DNA of 63,090 bases, filler included, from Perkinsus olseni (Eukaryota): NCBI GenBank assembly GCA_013115125.1. It is 2 parts of 2 records of this genome, joined end to end, with 100 filler letters (N's around TTAATTAATTAA, not from the genome) between each part and the next. Parts side by side here need not be neighbours in the genome. Positions count along the whole stretch, not along the records: positions 31,647 to 63,090 come from JABANN010000414.1; 1 more part is not named here. One strand, given 5' to 3'. The position numbers and the translations under genes were made by a program. Below, piece by piece: positions 38,614 through 52,636 of this stretch (position 1 is its first letter; every line of letters starts with the position of its first letter). The notes beneath the pieces were generated by a model. That model was not told the origin of the DNA. It worked only from the letters and a program-made list of their open reading frames with translations, and did no database searches.

Positions 38614-41600
38614 TCAATCGACTCGTTCATACTTCGTCCCTCCACAGTATCTACCCAGAAGAGCGCTAGAGGTGTCAGAAAACGTCGGCTCCCTACCTCC
38701 GTCGAGCTGCCCATTGTTACCATCCTCAGTCGGCCATCCTACTGGAGTTGAGGAACCCCACTTGACATCGCTAACGGTGGGAGATGCTACCCAAGCCTGA
38801 TCATCCTGAAGCGGCGGCCAGTCTGTCACTATTTCTCCGGTTTTTTCATCAGTTTCTCCACCGGGCCAATCGCCGTTCACCGGAGACTCCGCCCAATCAG
38901 TCGGGACCGGACCAGGCCACTCCGGGGTGGGGGACCTTCCAGTCGGCGACCAAGACGTATCGTGATGTGAACCAGCTTGGAAGAACTCAGGCGAATCGAG
39001 AGAATCATCACCCAGCATACCACCCGTCGATGGAGTGGCTGTAGTAGAGGATATGATAGGCGGAAGAGACGAGGAAGATGGCGAAGCTCCTGACCGACCT
39101 GAGAGCCGCATCTCCTAAGCAAGGACCAAGCTGCCAGTACGACCTGTGTCATCTGCTGCGCTCTCCTCCACACTCCTCGGTACAGCTATTGTTCCTCCCA
39201 AATCCAACTTCATACCCCTGCACAGCCGCCATCTCGACAGGTAGGCCTCCGCTGCAGGAGACTCTAGCTTTACCGCAACAGACACCATCGGCGCCTCCTG
39301 ATAAAAACAAATCATTAACTTCAGCGGAGCGGAGGCAGAATCGGCTAACCTTGCTTTTCTCCTCGAGTGACAAAAGTATCTCAGCTATTTGAGGCCGACA
39401 CCTGAAGAAAGGTACTGCTTGTTTGCGATCCATCAATAATGACATCTGCGGGAATCGAACCCGGGACCTAGTAGCGGCTTAAGCTCCACAGCTACTCACC
39501 CCATAGGCCTGCCGCCTTCCCCAGCCAGACACTTCTCGACAGCTTGCTTCTCATGCAGCAGGGGTTCCACAAGTACCTCGTCCTCCCCTAGTTGCTGCAT
39601 CGCTTTGAAGAGCTCAAGGAGAGAGTTGGCCAGCAGCGAACAAGAAGGATGGCGCGTTATGACCGCTTCCAAAGCAGCAACCATAAAATCTTGCCCAACA
39701 AGCCTCGCCGGTCGACCGTCTTCAGTGGAGACTATCTCATTCGAGCACGCTGTCATTGCCGTCATGACCAGACATATGATCTGCACGCATGCACAATGAT
39801 GCCACGGCGAGAAAGATACTCCCGACCTCGGTGAGCAGTTCCACGTCTTCTTCTTCTTCCTTTTCTCCTCTTCCCGCTACAACTGCTGTGAGCTCAACTC
39901 TCCTCGTAAACACCGACCGAGAAACCCGTCCGGATGCCGAGACTTCACCACCCTCCACCGCAGGTACACAGCTGCCGCTGGGCGTAGATGCCTGACACAG
40001 ATCTGGGTATCGATCTTAATCCTCCCCCCTAAGCACGTCAAAGCCCTCTTATCGACGCAGAGATAACAAGAGGAATTATACGGGATCAACAAGCAGTCTG
40101 CCTGGCGTTGCGATACTGAGAACTACTTAACAAATCGATCGCTCCACCGACTTGCGAGTAACAAGCACTACATCCCAAGCAAGACAGTTGCGCTACGACA
40201 GCAGCTCTTCGGCTCTCAGAGAACGTCATCTCACCACGTAGCAGCAGAAGTCCTCCTCTTCCTCTCCACAACCATCCTCCCTATCCCCTTCCTCATCCCC
40301 TTGCGACCTCAAGTAGAATAACAAACTTGTAACGACATTGGCAGTGCCGCCCATCACAGGCGTATCTTCTGGTATCTTCCCGGTCACTATTCGAAATACC
40401 AGCTTATCAGCCTCTTCTACCAGCCCCTTCGCCAGGCGGGGGACGTACATTGGTCGGGCATCTTCAGATTGAGAATGATCTGAGTAAAAAATCTACCGAT
40501 CAAACGAGACGCATACCCTGGTACGAGTACTACGTAAATCCCTTCCATACACACCCAAGTTCTCTCACGCATGACCGAACTCCGATACAGCAGCCAACGT
40601 TCCGAGAAGCAGCAGCCGTCCCGCAGAGAAGACCCTCATTCAGCACGGGCATCCCTCGCTTACAGCAGAGGAGCTTCTGGAGCAGCTCAGCACCGTTTCG
40701 CGGTGAATCTTCGTTCTGTGGCTTCTCGTCGCAAATCACATCCACAAAGTCGCGGGCAACCAAATTCTCAAATGGTACCTGTCAGTCGGAGACAAGTGCG
40801 ATCTTGGATGAGCATGGAAGGGGCTATGTCGCTCCCCTACAACAAAAGCGAGTAGGAAATCGGCGTGAGGGCGTAGGGCGATAGCAACCTCGAGGTCGGC
40901 TCTCTTGAGCTAACACAAGGCCAGATCTCTCTGCAAGAAATATCTTAAGCACCATCTGAGAGTCCACAGGACACCAAAAATCGTTCGGGTCTGGAGATGT
41001 CTCTTGGATCTCTTAACTATGATAGTTGATAGGCTCGCTCAACTGTAGCCAGCTCTAGCGAGCAACTGAGCGTCTTTGTTTCAGCTGCGAGGAAATGGCG
41101 CGCTAAATTTAGTCCAAGTTCTCGAGAACTGATCCCCAATGTGATTCCCCAATGGCAAAGAAGTCGTCTATGTAGCAGAGTAGAGCGACACCCAAGAGCA
41201 CTCAGCAGATGTGCGTAGAACTCTGGGACATGCGAATGTAGTTCCTGACGGTGGTGATAGCCCCGAAGGTTTGAGCCATGTGGTCGAAAAGCTACGACTT
41301 GTTGTCACATGGGCACTTCGCTAACCCAGCCCGGCAACAGGTATGACTCACTGAGCAGCGCAGTTGTGTGCACGCCGCATTCATGTCGCTCCTTCCTCAA
41401 AGAGGAGAGGATGGTCTGTCCGGACTCAGAGAGGCGTGTAGATATGCGTGGAACGCTCATTTCGACCGCGTTTGCAGCAATTGTTGACTGTGCGAAAGCA
41501 GATGGCAGTGTTGATGTGATCCATCCGGAGGGGGGCTGAGAAATCTGGACCCTGTCGGTGCAAACGACAATGAGGAGCGGCCATGCCGCTGTGGCAATAG

Positions 41601-42848
41601 AGCACAGCGTTGGAGACCGCAAACTGATTTTAATATCCCTATCTGTCCACTATCCCTACCGGTGTATACGCTCGCGACTGGCGATGATGCACTCACGAGC
41701 ACTTCCGGAGGGGGGCTACCCAGTCTGACACCCCAGTTCGTACCGATTTTTCATCCGTTGTAATAAGCATGTTATAAAGAAGCTCGCAAACCGAGAGGTC
41801 ATATAAAAGAGCCAGCAGTGCAGGCTTCAACGACGATTCCATGCTTCCTGAAGAGATAATGATAAAATACTCATAGGTCGGCGCAGCCGCCACTACTTGT
41901 TATGCTTGCTACTCCCCCAGGCCGTTTCTCAAAAATGGCCTAAAAATGGGAGAATTCCGAAGAGATGCTCCCGATGCTCTTACACAAATTGCTCGGGACA
42001 TGTATCCAGATATGACACAATTGAGGGTCTCCTCTGACTCCGACGCTCTGACATACTGAGAGAGAAAACACAATCGGGGGAGGCGACTCGCGCGTCCAAC
42101 ACGCAATTTCCCGGAAAATCCTTCCGGAAATATCGGCGACACTGAGAAGGTATTAGGTCCATCATCGTTCGCAGATCCGGAGGAAGTGAGGTGAAACCGT
42201 GTAAGGTATTCTTGTGACGTCGACGGTTCTCAAGCAGCCAAGCCGGGTGTAGAAACGAAGCGCCTTACCGCTTGAAAGAGGTCACCCAGCGCCGACCACC
42301 CTGTGGTGACATCCCGGTGGACCCAAGCATCCAGAAAGATATCATTATCACAGCTAATAAGCTCAACGCAAACGTAAGGTAGGACGTACTTCCCTGAGAG
42401 GAAGATGTGAAACTCAGCAGAGCGAAGCGATACAGTTTTACCGCTTTTCTCAACCCTGACCCTCCCCTACCTACGATTGTCGGATGATCCATCTGCCGGC
42501 AACTCTGTAAGTATCTTCACCATTCCTTCCAAACTAGACTAAAAGACATAACCTCGACTCCAGCGAGGTCCGAACCCTGATTCTCGCTACCTTCTCGCAC
42601 AACCTGTCCACCAGTTTACTCGAATCAGCTCTTAATTCTTGCACCACCTCATCGTTACTCAGAATTTCCTGATGCATACCAATCTCGATGACATCCTCCC
42701 AACACTCAGACCCCACCTCAAGAGTACTCAAATTTCCTTTCTCTAGCAAGTCGTCCAACTTGCTGAACGATGACCCGCAGCCGTGTAGCCAGCTGTTACC
42801 TCGGGAAGCCTTGGTTGAGAAAAATGACCCCGCTCCGATGTATTCCAT
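38614..42848 (-). CDS. SIT4/PP6 phosphatase-associated (SAPS)-like protein, multi-exon
   Basis: N-terminal KLDDLLEKGNLSTLE|EILSNDEVVQELRADSSKLVDRL resembles SAPS N-termini. Helical middle and acidic Trp/Pro-rich disordered tail. Confidence 0.55.
39446..39499 (-). repeat. Intron ending in a tRNA T-arm element (sense)
   Basis: GTGAGTAGC...CTAGGTCCCGGGTTCGATTCCCGCAG. Confidence 0.8.
42534..42590 (-). repeat. Intron with degenerate B-box element (sense)
   Basis: GTAGCGAGAATCAGGGTTCGGACCTCGCTGGAGTCG... Confidence 0.45.
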
Positions 42849-43052
42849 CAGAGTCACAACAGAGAAAAACTGCCCTTACGTCAATATCGAACGCGTATGA
42901 ACAGAATACACGCAGACGGCTTTGGAAGAGGGGAGCTGAAATAATCATGAAAATTCCTCTTCGACAAGGCGGTGTGAAAAGACAGGGATCATTTTTCCAC
43001 TAGAACTCAGCAACAGAGGGGGGTGGTCGAGAAACGAAAGTTAAGGAATCTT

Positions 43053-44419
43053 TCACGCGGCCCTGGTCATTTTAGGTTCGTGTTTACCGGTCTTGCACTT
43101 GGGAAGAGCCATGAAGTCATCCCAGTCGTAGCTACGAGCTCCACAACACGACCATTCCTTCTTTAGGTCATGGAAAATGGGCCTGATGAAAAGTACACCT
43201 CCTGAGATTTGAACCCGGGACAAACCATTGTCAGGCATGGTGACTACCACTCCTCCCACTAATCCGACAACTACGAGAGTACAACCATCTAGTGTACAGA
43301 GAAACTAATCCTGCATAATCGGTCCCATAAAACTAACGGTAACTCCCATTCGTAATCGAGAAAACGGCTCCCACTACCACGTCTACCACTCATACCACCC
43401 CTTCCCTACTTCCCATCATGATAATGGCAGCAGCCCTCAGCGTTATCCTCAGGATCATACTCCTTGCCACACCCGACATGGGCACAACGATACTTGCCCG
43501 ATGACGTCACCTGAAGGGGGTAAGATAGCAAAACCTTCCCTGTGTGCGCCGATAAGATGCCTCTCGTTCATATCATATTGCCACTTCCTACTAGGGGTTT
43601 CATCTCGACCGGCTCCTCTTCCTCCTTTTTCTCCACTACTGGTGCAGGCTCGGAAGAATCTAAGGTCGACCTCGGCCTACTTCAAAAGAGATATCTTTAC
43701 CCTTGTCATGAGCATCAATCCTAATTGGTGCAGACGAGGGCATGGTCACACCGCCAGTATGTTGATCGATCCGTTGAGGAACCGATGACCGAGCTGATGC
43801 CGGCTGCTGATCCTCAGGCTTGGCTTGACCAACACCTAAAAATACCCTCACTAGGGATCGAACCTGGGATCTCCAACTATTCCTAGCTACATGCCATAAC
43901 GATTGAGGACCAAGAAAATCCTCTACTCATCCACCTCACCTGGCTTCACCGGCTTAACATCCGTATGCGGTCCAACAGCGCAACCCGGGATCTTCATGAA
44001 ATCATCCCACTCGTACTTAACAGCCTGAAAATAGAAGCGTATCTTGAGGTCAAGTTACGGCCTCTCCGCCATACCCCACAACATGTCCATGTCTTTTTGA
44101 TATCCTGGAAAACAGGCCAGCCTGGATGGTACCGGCAAGCCTCCGAACCGTTGTCCGCTTCAGTGTATCTTCCATCAACATGAATGCTCCGATCAGTCCC
44201 CTCCCAACTCCACTCAATAGCGCTCCTCACAATCGTCGGTAGAGGACCATACACTCATCCTTCACGCAAGCTGGCAACATGAAAATAGACAGCCCCACGA
44301 GATATCGTTCCCGTGTGTCCGAGAGAGGATAGTGAGATCACCCAAGCTAAGCTGTGCTACTACTTTTTCCCGCAGCCGTGATGCCGGCAAGTCTTCAGCA
44401 CTTCCTTCGGATCAGTCAT
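43053..44419 (-). CDS. Two-CHORD-domain protein (RAR1/CHP-like Hsp90 co-chaperone)
   Basis: CRHHGCGK...CRYHPGWPVFQDIKKTWTCCG and CAHVGCGKEYDPEDNAEGCCHYHDGKPIFHDLKKEWSCCG...DWDDFMALPKCKTGKH. Confidence 0.9.
43189..43226 (-). repeat. Intronic tRNA-3'-half element (sense to CHORD gene)
   Basis: TGTCCCGGGTTCAAATCTCAGGAGGTGTACTTTT. Confidence 0.7.
43836..43890 (-). repeat. 55-nt intron with tRNA-3'-half element (sense)
   Basis: GTAGCTAGGAATAGTTGGAGATCCCAGGTTCGATCCCTAGTGAGGGTATTTTTAG. Confidence 0.8.
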
Positions 44420-44612
44420 AATTATCAACAATAATAGGAACTACGAAAGCTGTAAGCCAAGCACAACCCAGGTCACTCCAAACAATATAGTAGAAACTGT
44501 CAGGTGAGTAGAAGTGTTATGATGATACTCATAGAACAACGTGAGTATGACAAGGTGAAGCGGAAAGTGGCGATAACGATGACGACAGTAGTAATAGCAA
44601 TGGTGGTAATGC

Positions 44613-46412
44613 TCAGTTCTCGAACTTAGAGTTTGGCGTCTTCGGGCTGGCCATCACCCTGGCCCTCTCCTCATCCATGCTCACGCTGCTCTGTGGAGCG
44701 CTCAACAGACTCTCCGTGAACGTAAACTTCTCCTCCTTAGGGACCTGAACAAGAGAAATGTACCTACCAGGATTCGAACCCCCGACCTCCCGCTCCATTA
44801 CCAATTTCAACAGCGGCAACCGCATGAGCAATGCTACTAGGTATATATAAGCAGTCACAACAAAGGTGTATCGGTAGTCATGGTTATCCATGAGGTATCC
44901 ACCTATCACAGCCGAGCCCGACCACGTCATCGATGACAGGGACTCCAAGGCATTCCACCTCCCTCTCTGATGCGATGGCACAAAGTCCATAATGATGGAT
45001 CGATCTACCGGGTAAATAGCATTTTGAACAGCTCCTCGGATAAGGAAAGTGAAAACGACCGCCGGCAACCAGCGGACCCAGGCCAGGCAGAAAAGACAAA
45101 TAACGCCCATAGCCGAGAAGAGTATACCAGCTTGAACCCGACCGATATGATTCGCCACCTTGTCACAGAACCACGTGAAGAGGCCGAAGGTGAGGCCATA
45201 GAAAGCCCAGAGTAGCTGCACTTGAGTTGGGGTGAAGTTGTAGTCGTTCTTGAAGAAGAGTGGGAAGAATTTGACAGTCATGCCAGCTCCTATGCACGTG
45301 ATGAAGTCGTTGGCACACATGAGATAGGGTATCGTCCATGTCCACTTAAATGTCGTTTTCCTATAAACATGGCCAGCACCTGCAAGGAACCATGGAGAGG
45401 CTCTCCTCCCAGAAAGATCACCACACCAAAAATAAGTGTCATTCATAACAACTACTACTTCTCTCAAGGCATTACAGTTTCCTCGCCGACAAATGGTAAG
45501 CATCTTCTCAAGTTAAGCTTGCCAGAAACAACTTAACGTGATCAGGTCCCCCACCCTGCTACCTGGTCGTCCACTACTGCCACCTAGACCATCCTCATGG
45601 GTCACATCAGCCCATCCGAACAGAAATACATTGGCCGGTATGAAGCCCAGGAAGCCGATGATCAGGACCGTGTGCAACACGCTCAACCTCCACTCGTTAC
45701 CAAAGTAAACGAAAAGGAAGAGGCCAATGAAGGGGCCCACTCCCGAGGCCAACTGGTTCACGACTGATGCCCGAGTCAGCCATTTAGCTCGATGACCCTG
45801 CGCGATGGAGTCCGCGAAGAGAGAGTAGGTTGCGCAGTTCTGCGTAGCGAAATACCCACCAGCAACAGCTAGGGCAAAACATATTACTATTATCTGAGCG
45901 GACAAGATTGACACGAAAAAGCTCGCTCTCGCCTCCCTAGTACATTATCATAATAGATGCCGTAGATCGATAACGCTACCATCAATAAGGAAGCCCAACC
46001 ACACCAACGACAAATCAGAGCCCGAGAAAACCTATCATCCAGACCAAAGATACCCCTACAATAGATGAAGTCCAGACACTACTTGTCCACAAGAATCCCG
46101 GCTGGTATTGCCACCATGACTTGGCTAAGTCCCGAGATGGATTCTGCCCATCCGACAGCTTTATTAGAGTCTCCTGCCATAACGTAAAGATACGCATCAA
46201 AGATACCCATCTGGGCAATAGCTTGACATATACCCTGCAAGCCCGAGTACCTAAAGAATATCTTTCGACCTCCATGCAGGATACGAAACAGGTCAAGCCT
46301 AGTACTACTACATGAGCATGTGATATATATTTCTCTTGCATGCCTTTTCAAAATCCTCCTTGTCCGTGATCGGGGACAGGACCTGATGACCCAGATGGTT
46401 CTTGATGGGCAT
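44613..46412 (-). CDS. Major facilitator superfamily transporter
   Basis: PAGILVDK, LFADSIAQGHR, DKVANHIGRV, SIIMDFVPSHQRGRWNALES and about 12 hydrophobic segments. Confidence 0.88.
44745..44801 (-). repeat. 57-nt intron with tRNA-3'-half element (sense)
   Basis: GTAATGGAGCGGGAGGTCGGGGGTTCGAATCCTGGTAGGTACATTTCTCTTGTTCAG. Confidence 0.85.
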
Positions 46413-46597
46413 GCCCGAGAGCGGTGGGAAATTCTGAACAGTGGCTTTGCTAGCCTGTCCGGCAGTGTCCTACAGGGAATAGACGCACTGTGGCAATCTC
46501 GCTACGCCCTAGTGATCGATTATGACCATCCGTCCCACTCAAACTCGACACCGCCGAGTATACAGTCAACTTATAGTGTACGAATGATGGTCATGTC

Positions 46598-49500
46598 TCA
46601 TGGGGCTTCATCACACTCCCATAGCTTCCTCTGACAAGACGAGGAGTCTCATCCCCAGAAGATGCGTCACTTCCCGCACAGGTTCGATCCCCGGCAGCGT
46701 CACCTTTTCACGCCGGTCATAACGGACAGCCTTTCCCTCCCTCCACCGTTGTGCGGTGCTTTATTAATAGACGGTCTGAAGGTGCACTGAGCCAACTCTT
46801 CCGCCTCTATCTCCAACTGCCGTAACCTCTGCGCCTGGGCTACATCGTGATGCCTTGCCCGATTCCTACAGCACCCCACCTCCGCCCGACGCTCCCTCTC
46901 CGCAGCTACTCGTCTCAGATAGTCGCTGCCACGCTCAACGTCCAAACGAAGCCTCGAAGGGATCTGATACATCCATAGTATGAACCACTACATTCTTTCA
47001 TCCCACCATACGAATTTCCGCCAAGATCACGCTTCAACCTTAGATTCCTAACCATCCCACTCACCTCGTTTAGAGGCCCATCCGGCACCCTTATTATACT
47101 GTTGACAGACCTCCTTCTCTCCTCCTCGGCTTCCTTGCTGTCCTTCAACGTACGTGCCAAGCGTGCTATAGTCTCCCTCCTCCTGCTCATGTCATCATAC
47201 GACATCTCCACCACCTGCATCCTCAATAGCCCCCTTCCCGCCCCCTCTCCCAACCACTCACCGTCCTAGACCGTGCCCGCCGTGCCTTCGCCGTCACTAC
47301 CGGTACCTGGTCAGCAGCAGCTACCACTAGCAGCAGCCACGATAAGGACGCTACGAATGGGCGGCTCATTTCCAATTCCCTCAGCATCCCCTCGCGAGAC
47401 TCCGAGTGCTTCGATCTGATACGCTCGGTCACCTTGGGCACCGACACTCGCCGAGATCGACTAAGCGGCATATACTCCGCAGGCCTCCACTCCGTTCAGT
47501 AGTACTCGCATATCTTAGGTTCATGCGTGCAATCGGCACGAACCTCCCTCTCGAGCATCCCAAGCTTCTCTTGCCGTCGAGCTTCTCGTTCGTTCTGCCG
47601 CGTGAGGAAGCTATGCCTACAAACCACAAACTATATGGTAGGACGTATCTTAGGTCGAACATTGCAAGATACGCATCGATGTCGGCTGGTACCCCCCGTT
47701 CGGGTAGCGGTTACATGATAGTCTGCATCTGGACTTCACTCAACCGAGTCTCGGCCTTTCTTGACGGCATGCCATATCCTCTGCCACGCGACACACGACA
47801 ACGGCCGTGTGAAGCCAATCTGTCGAACACCTGCATGAAAGCGAAGGACAGATACTCCAACATCATAGCATAGGCAAGAAGCGGATGATTCGAGCCAGCT
47901 GAGATGGAGCCATGAAAGCTAGAGTCGCGCAAACGCCCTCACGTTAGTCTCCATGTATTCTCTTGCATGCCTCATGCTCCTACGGACCGTGTTAGTTGCT
48001 GGCGTGAACTCTGATGGTCCTCGCTGGGGAAGGGACGACGACGAGGAACCTACCCATCCAGGAAGCCTAGGCTCATAGTGGGCGACGAGGGGACGAGCGC
48101 TACTCAGTCCTCCGCGGTCATTGAGGAGAGCGGTCGGCCTGACTAAGCTCGAAGCCTCTGACAGTAACCCTCACCTTGCTGTCGGGTAGCCTCGAACAGC
48201 CTGCTACTCCCCTGCCTCATACGTTGGGACTTTCCTATATCCGGCGTGAAGGTACCTGAGCGGTTATTGATGACGATAATGGCAGCATAGAGGTGTGCTC
48301 GACTACATGCCGCAATCTCTTTCTCCTCTCTCGCCTCTTCTGCTGCCTTCTCACGCTCCTTCCTCCGCTGTTCCCATTCCTTAACCTAAGATACCACTCT
48401 TCACCCTACTCCCAAAGCCCCCACCACACACCCTTCGAGACTCACGACGAGTAGCTGGCAAAACAATAAGATTCTCAGGCGTATCAGTTTCCCGTACTAA
48501 CCATACACAGCCTAGCCACACCCAGGTGAATCCCTACCTGCCGAGGCCCTATCCTGGTCTGAGTCCCTCGGCGCTGAGCAGTAGTCCTGGGTTTGAAGTT
48601 GCATTCCCTCATCGAGTCCTCTTCCTTCTCCCTCCTCCTCTCCTCTAACCTCTGCTCCCTCTTCATCGCCCATGCCCCATGCCTCTCATACAGCGATGAG
48701 GAGGAACGCAAGCTGTCCATCACGTTAGCTCGTGACCGTCGGGAGGGAGGAAGTAGCGCTGGAGACGACGATGAGGCTATCGTATCTGAAGAGCACCCAA
48801 GAAGGGCTTCCTCGAGACGGCCCCTGCCGCTCGACTTCACCTCTGTAGGCGATACTATTGCCGATGGTGTTGTCCACGTCATCTCCCATTACTAAGGACG
48901 CGCTCTCCCATGACGAGGGTGTGATGCTCCTCGGTGAGGATGATGCTGTGCTGGAATAACAGCTCACACTGGTCGCACCCAAGTCCACCGCTGTTATCCT
49001 CCCTTTGTCGTATCTGATACCTCGACCTATCCGTTTCCTGCCAGCATGAGCTTAAGATACCTCCTGTCAGTGGCCAAACCCCGATAATGGGCCGCGTAAG
49101 GTCCTGCTGCCGTCACGCCACTAGAAGCTGTTCTGATCGTCGAGGAGGCCGATAAGGGACGGTAGTGGGTATGGTACGTTCGACTGAAAGAAGGACCATT
49201 GCACTGAGAATAGTAATGGGAGTGATACTGAAGCGGCTCACGGCTGACTTGCCTCGGATCTTCCATGGGTCGACGTAGATACGACCAGTCAGGCAGTCGC
49301 CGCTGTGCATCGCTCCGCCAACTCCGCTCAGATAGCACGTGACTTCTATGGTAAGCCTCAGTGGCCAGTCTATTGGCCGAGTCCAGGGACTCCAACAGCT
49401 CCTCTGAATGGAACTCAAGGTGAGCCTTCCCTCGCCTCCCTTCCCTTACCCGGTCCACTGTCATCAACCATACTCAGCCTCCGCAGCTTATCTCGCAGCA

Positions 49501-49642
49501 CGACGCCATCCCTCTGCTCCTGCAGTCGAGTACTCTGCCGGACCGAGGTCCTACAGGGGCAATGGCCTACCAACAGCCGTTCGGCCGCCTCTGGTGTGAG
49601 CAGGGTTGGAACGTGGGTTGAAGGGGCATCCTCAAAGACCAT
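46598..49642 (-). CDS. Coiled-coil hypothetical protein with repeated C(T/N)F(K/R/T)P motifs
   Basis: RECNFKPRTT, TFTPDIG, AQCTFRPSINK and charged helices. Multi-exon, boundaries approximate. Confidence 0.5.
46673..46708 (+). repeat. Intronic tRNA-3'-half element (antisense to host gene)
   Basis: CCCGCACAGGTTCGATCCCCGGCAGCGTCACCTTTT. Confidence 0.75.
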
Positions 49643-49799
49643 CGTTCTACAGTTCCGGCGATTAATAATTGACCAACGCAAGAAACATAACAGAGGGTAA
49701 TGTACGTTCGAAGCCAGCAGAAATCAATTTGGCGCATCACAGGGTTCGGGCCGCTGAGGATTGCTTTGCTGGTCGCCGAGATACTTAGCGTACTTTTCG

Positions 49800-50643
49800 T
49801 ACAGGTCAGGATGCTCCTCTTTCAACTGAAGGTAGGCATGAAAACTCGAGCGCGAAAGCTCAGGCTATATGGACGATCTCCAAGAGCTATCCAAATCAAG
49901 TAGTATGCTTGGTGTAAGGCCCTACTACCTTGGGATAGAGACTGGTCCAGGGGTCCTCGACCATATCATCCTGCACGAAGCGCTGGATAGGAAGGTCCCT
50001 CATGGACTCGACATCATGCCATCTATGGCCTCCCTTGCCTTTACCTGATACTCTTCTCTACATGAAGCCTCCACCCTCCCGTACTACCTTTCCTACCACC
50101 CCCTCCTTTGTGGAAGTGTCCCCCTTTCCCTTTAGACCCTTGTTGCTGCCAGCCTTGCCAGGAGCCGTCCCTACTGCCGTATGGGCCATCACCCCACCTA
50201 CATTAGGAAATCTATTTTATGCTACATTGCCAGCTATAACCTCTGGCCAGGATATGCTGCTGCCTTCCCTTTACCATACCCCTGCTGCTCCTGTTGCCAA
50301 TACCCTCCTCCTCCTTTGGAATACATAAACAGTCAAACTGCCGTTCAACCCAGGACTCAGAAGCAGCCCCAGACCCTTTCCCGAAGCCTTACAATCCCTA
50401 GTATGATACTAACGCAGTACACGAGACGACGGCGTTGTAGAGAAGCTCTAAGGGATGTCCCTGTTTAAATCAGCAAAACGAAATCACTCTACCGTCGACA
50501 GACGGTTCGATGGCGATCTCCTGAGCGAACCCAGACGACAGAGTTTTATCCTCATAAGATTGGTCTTCCACCTACGTACTGCTCTTGGCTTTTTCGTGAG
50601 TGGAAACGGAAATATACACGTGCCGGCTGCCTTTATTGGTCAT
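49800..50643 (-). CDS. Small Gly/Lys-rich protein with MPLKIP/TTDN1-like C-terminal motif
   Basis: Exons give GKGKGG-rich sequence and RFVQDDMVEDPWTSL, resembling the (S)MLEDPW motif. Boundaries uncertain. Confidence 0.35.
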
Positions 50644-50824
50644 CGAAGGCAAACGAAGAAGTGCGCCGTAGACGATTTCGACTATTTGTCTATTTGAAAA
50701 ATCGTGGCTTACTACGCGCTCGCCCAGAAAATCGTAACTTGACGGTTGTCGCCTTAAGAGGAGCTTAGGGTGATTAAGATATTTTCGCTTTTCTCTCAGC
50801 CCCCCTTTACGTTATATATCTTCA

Positions 50825-52636
50825 ATGCCTGAAGCTGAGTCGAGGAAGAGAGCTCTTGATACCGATAAGGTGAAGTCAGGTCCGCCTGAGGTTATCTATG
50901 GTGATTCCAAAATAGAAGTTGCTGGTAGTACCATAAATCCCTCAAATCATGGGAATCATCGTGGCGTCCTCCTTCAGGTCTGTCGGACCCCTCTGAGGTT
51001 CCCCTTGCACGGACGTTCGACGAGTCCGGGCTTCGGAAATCTTTGAAGGAGTATCTAAAGGAGAAGTTCTCGACCCCGTCAGCTATCCAGGCAGCCTGCT
51101 GGCCCCTCCTCCTCTCGGGCTTGGACGTGGTCGGTGTCGCTGAGACTGGCAGCGGCAAGACCCTCGGCTTTGCACTTCCCTTCATGTCCAAGGCCATGCA
51201 TAAGGGAGATGATGGTATGATGATGGTCCTCTCTCCTACCAGGGAGCTAGCCAGGCAGATCCACGAGGTCATCGTGGATGTCGACAAAAAGAAGCAGAAG
51301 CTTCCATCGATCTGTCTTTACGGTGGCACCCCTAAGTGGGAGCAACAGAAGCAGTTGAAGGCAGAGAAGCCTCGGATGGTGATAGGGACTCCGGGCCGAG
51401 TGCTCGACCTCCTCCAGGACGGCTCCTTGGACCTCAGCAAGGTCAACTACGCTGTGCTTGATGAGGCTGATAGGATGCTTGATATGGGATTCCTTCCGAG
51501 TGTGACGGATATCTTTGGGTATCTTCCCGCACCTGATAAGAGACAATCTCTCATGTTCTCTGCTACTTGGAACAAGGAGGTAATAGTATCTTTTATTTTG
51601 TGTCGAGCCAGCTTCGACCTCAGGTGCGGAGGTTATCAAGGAAGTTGATGAAGCGTGAGCGTATTACTGTTACTGTGATGGGCAGTAATGAGAAGAAGAG
51701 CAATCAGGATGAGCTCACCGCCAACACCCGAATCACCCAAACGATAGATATCGTTCATGACCGGAAGCCCAAGATGAATCGTCTTTGGCACCACCTTGGC
51801 AACCTTTGCCCTAACAAGGGAGTCTGGAAGGTACTTATGTCTGGGGGGCAGGGACAGATTCGCTTTATTATCATAAAAAGTTGTGAAGAATTTGGTACAG
51901 CAAGTACCTTGGTGATATGTCACTTTTCTATCGGCTTTTCGTGAGTCTGATTCCCCTCTGTTATGTAGCGTGCTTTTGCTATTACTCACTCTCTGTAACA
52001 GGTCATCGTTTTTGCCCTGTATAAGAAGGAAGCCGCTCATCTTGAGCGAATGCTTCGGGATTACTATGATGTTGTTGGCCTTCACGGTGACATGACCCAA
52101 GTAGCGCGCGAGGCTTCCATTAAGCGATTTACGGAGGGCCAAAATCTGATACTGGTGGCTACTGATGTGGCTGCTAGAGGGCTCGATGTTAAGGACGTCT
52201 CAGGGGTTATCAACTATACCTTCCCATTGGTCATTGAGGATTATGTGCATAGGTAGGGAGATAGGCGAAGGTTCGATCCTCGGCGAGGCCATTTATGTTA
52301 GGATTGGTCGTACTGGTCGAGCTGGTCGTACCGGTCATGCAGTGACTATCTTCAATGCTGAGGAGGAGAAGCAGTTCGCCTTCGACCTCAAGGGACTTCT
52401 GGAACGATGCGGCCAGACGGTGAGAACCTCTCTCCGGCCACAGTCAGATGTGTATCTTCCATCGGCAGGTTCCCGAGGGCCTTGCTAAATTGGCTAACCA
52501 GACGGGTGGGTTCAAGGCTAGCAAGAAGAAGGTCCATCCTATCTACGGAGCTTTCTTCAAGGATGAGGAGGAGATGGCTAAGTTGGAAGCGAAGAAAACT
52601 CATGTCACGTTCTCGGATGACGAGGATGATGACTAG
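50825..52636 (+). CDS. DBP3: DEAD-box RNA helicase DBP3
   Basis: [40 protein letters not shown] and C-terminal [14 protein letters not shown] typical of Dbp3. Confidence 0.92.
52253..52301 (+). repeat. 49-nt intron with tRNA-3'-half element (sense)
   Basis: GTAGGGAGATAGGCGAAGGTTCGATCCTCGGCGAGGCCATTTATGTTAG. Confidence 0.78.
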
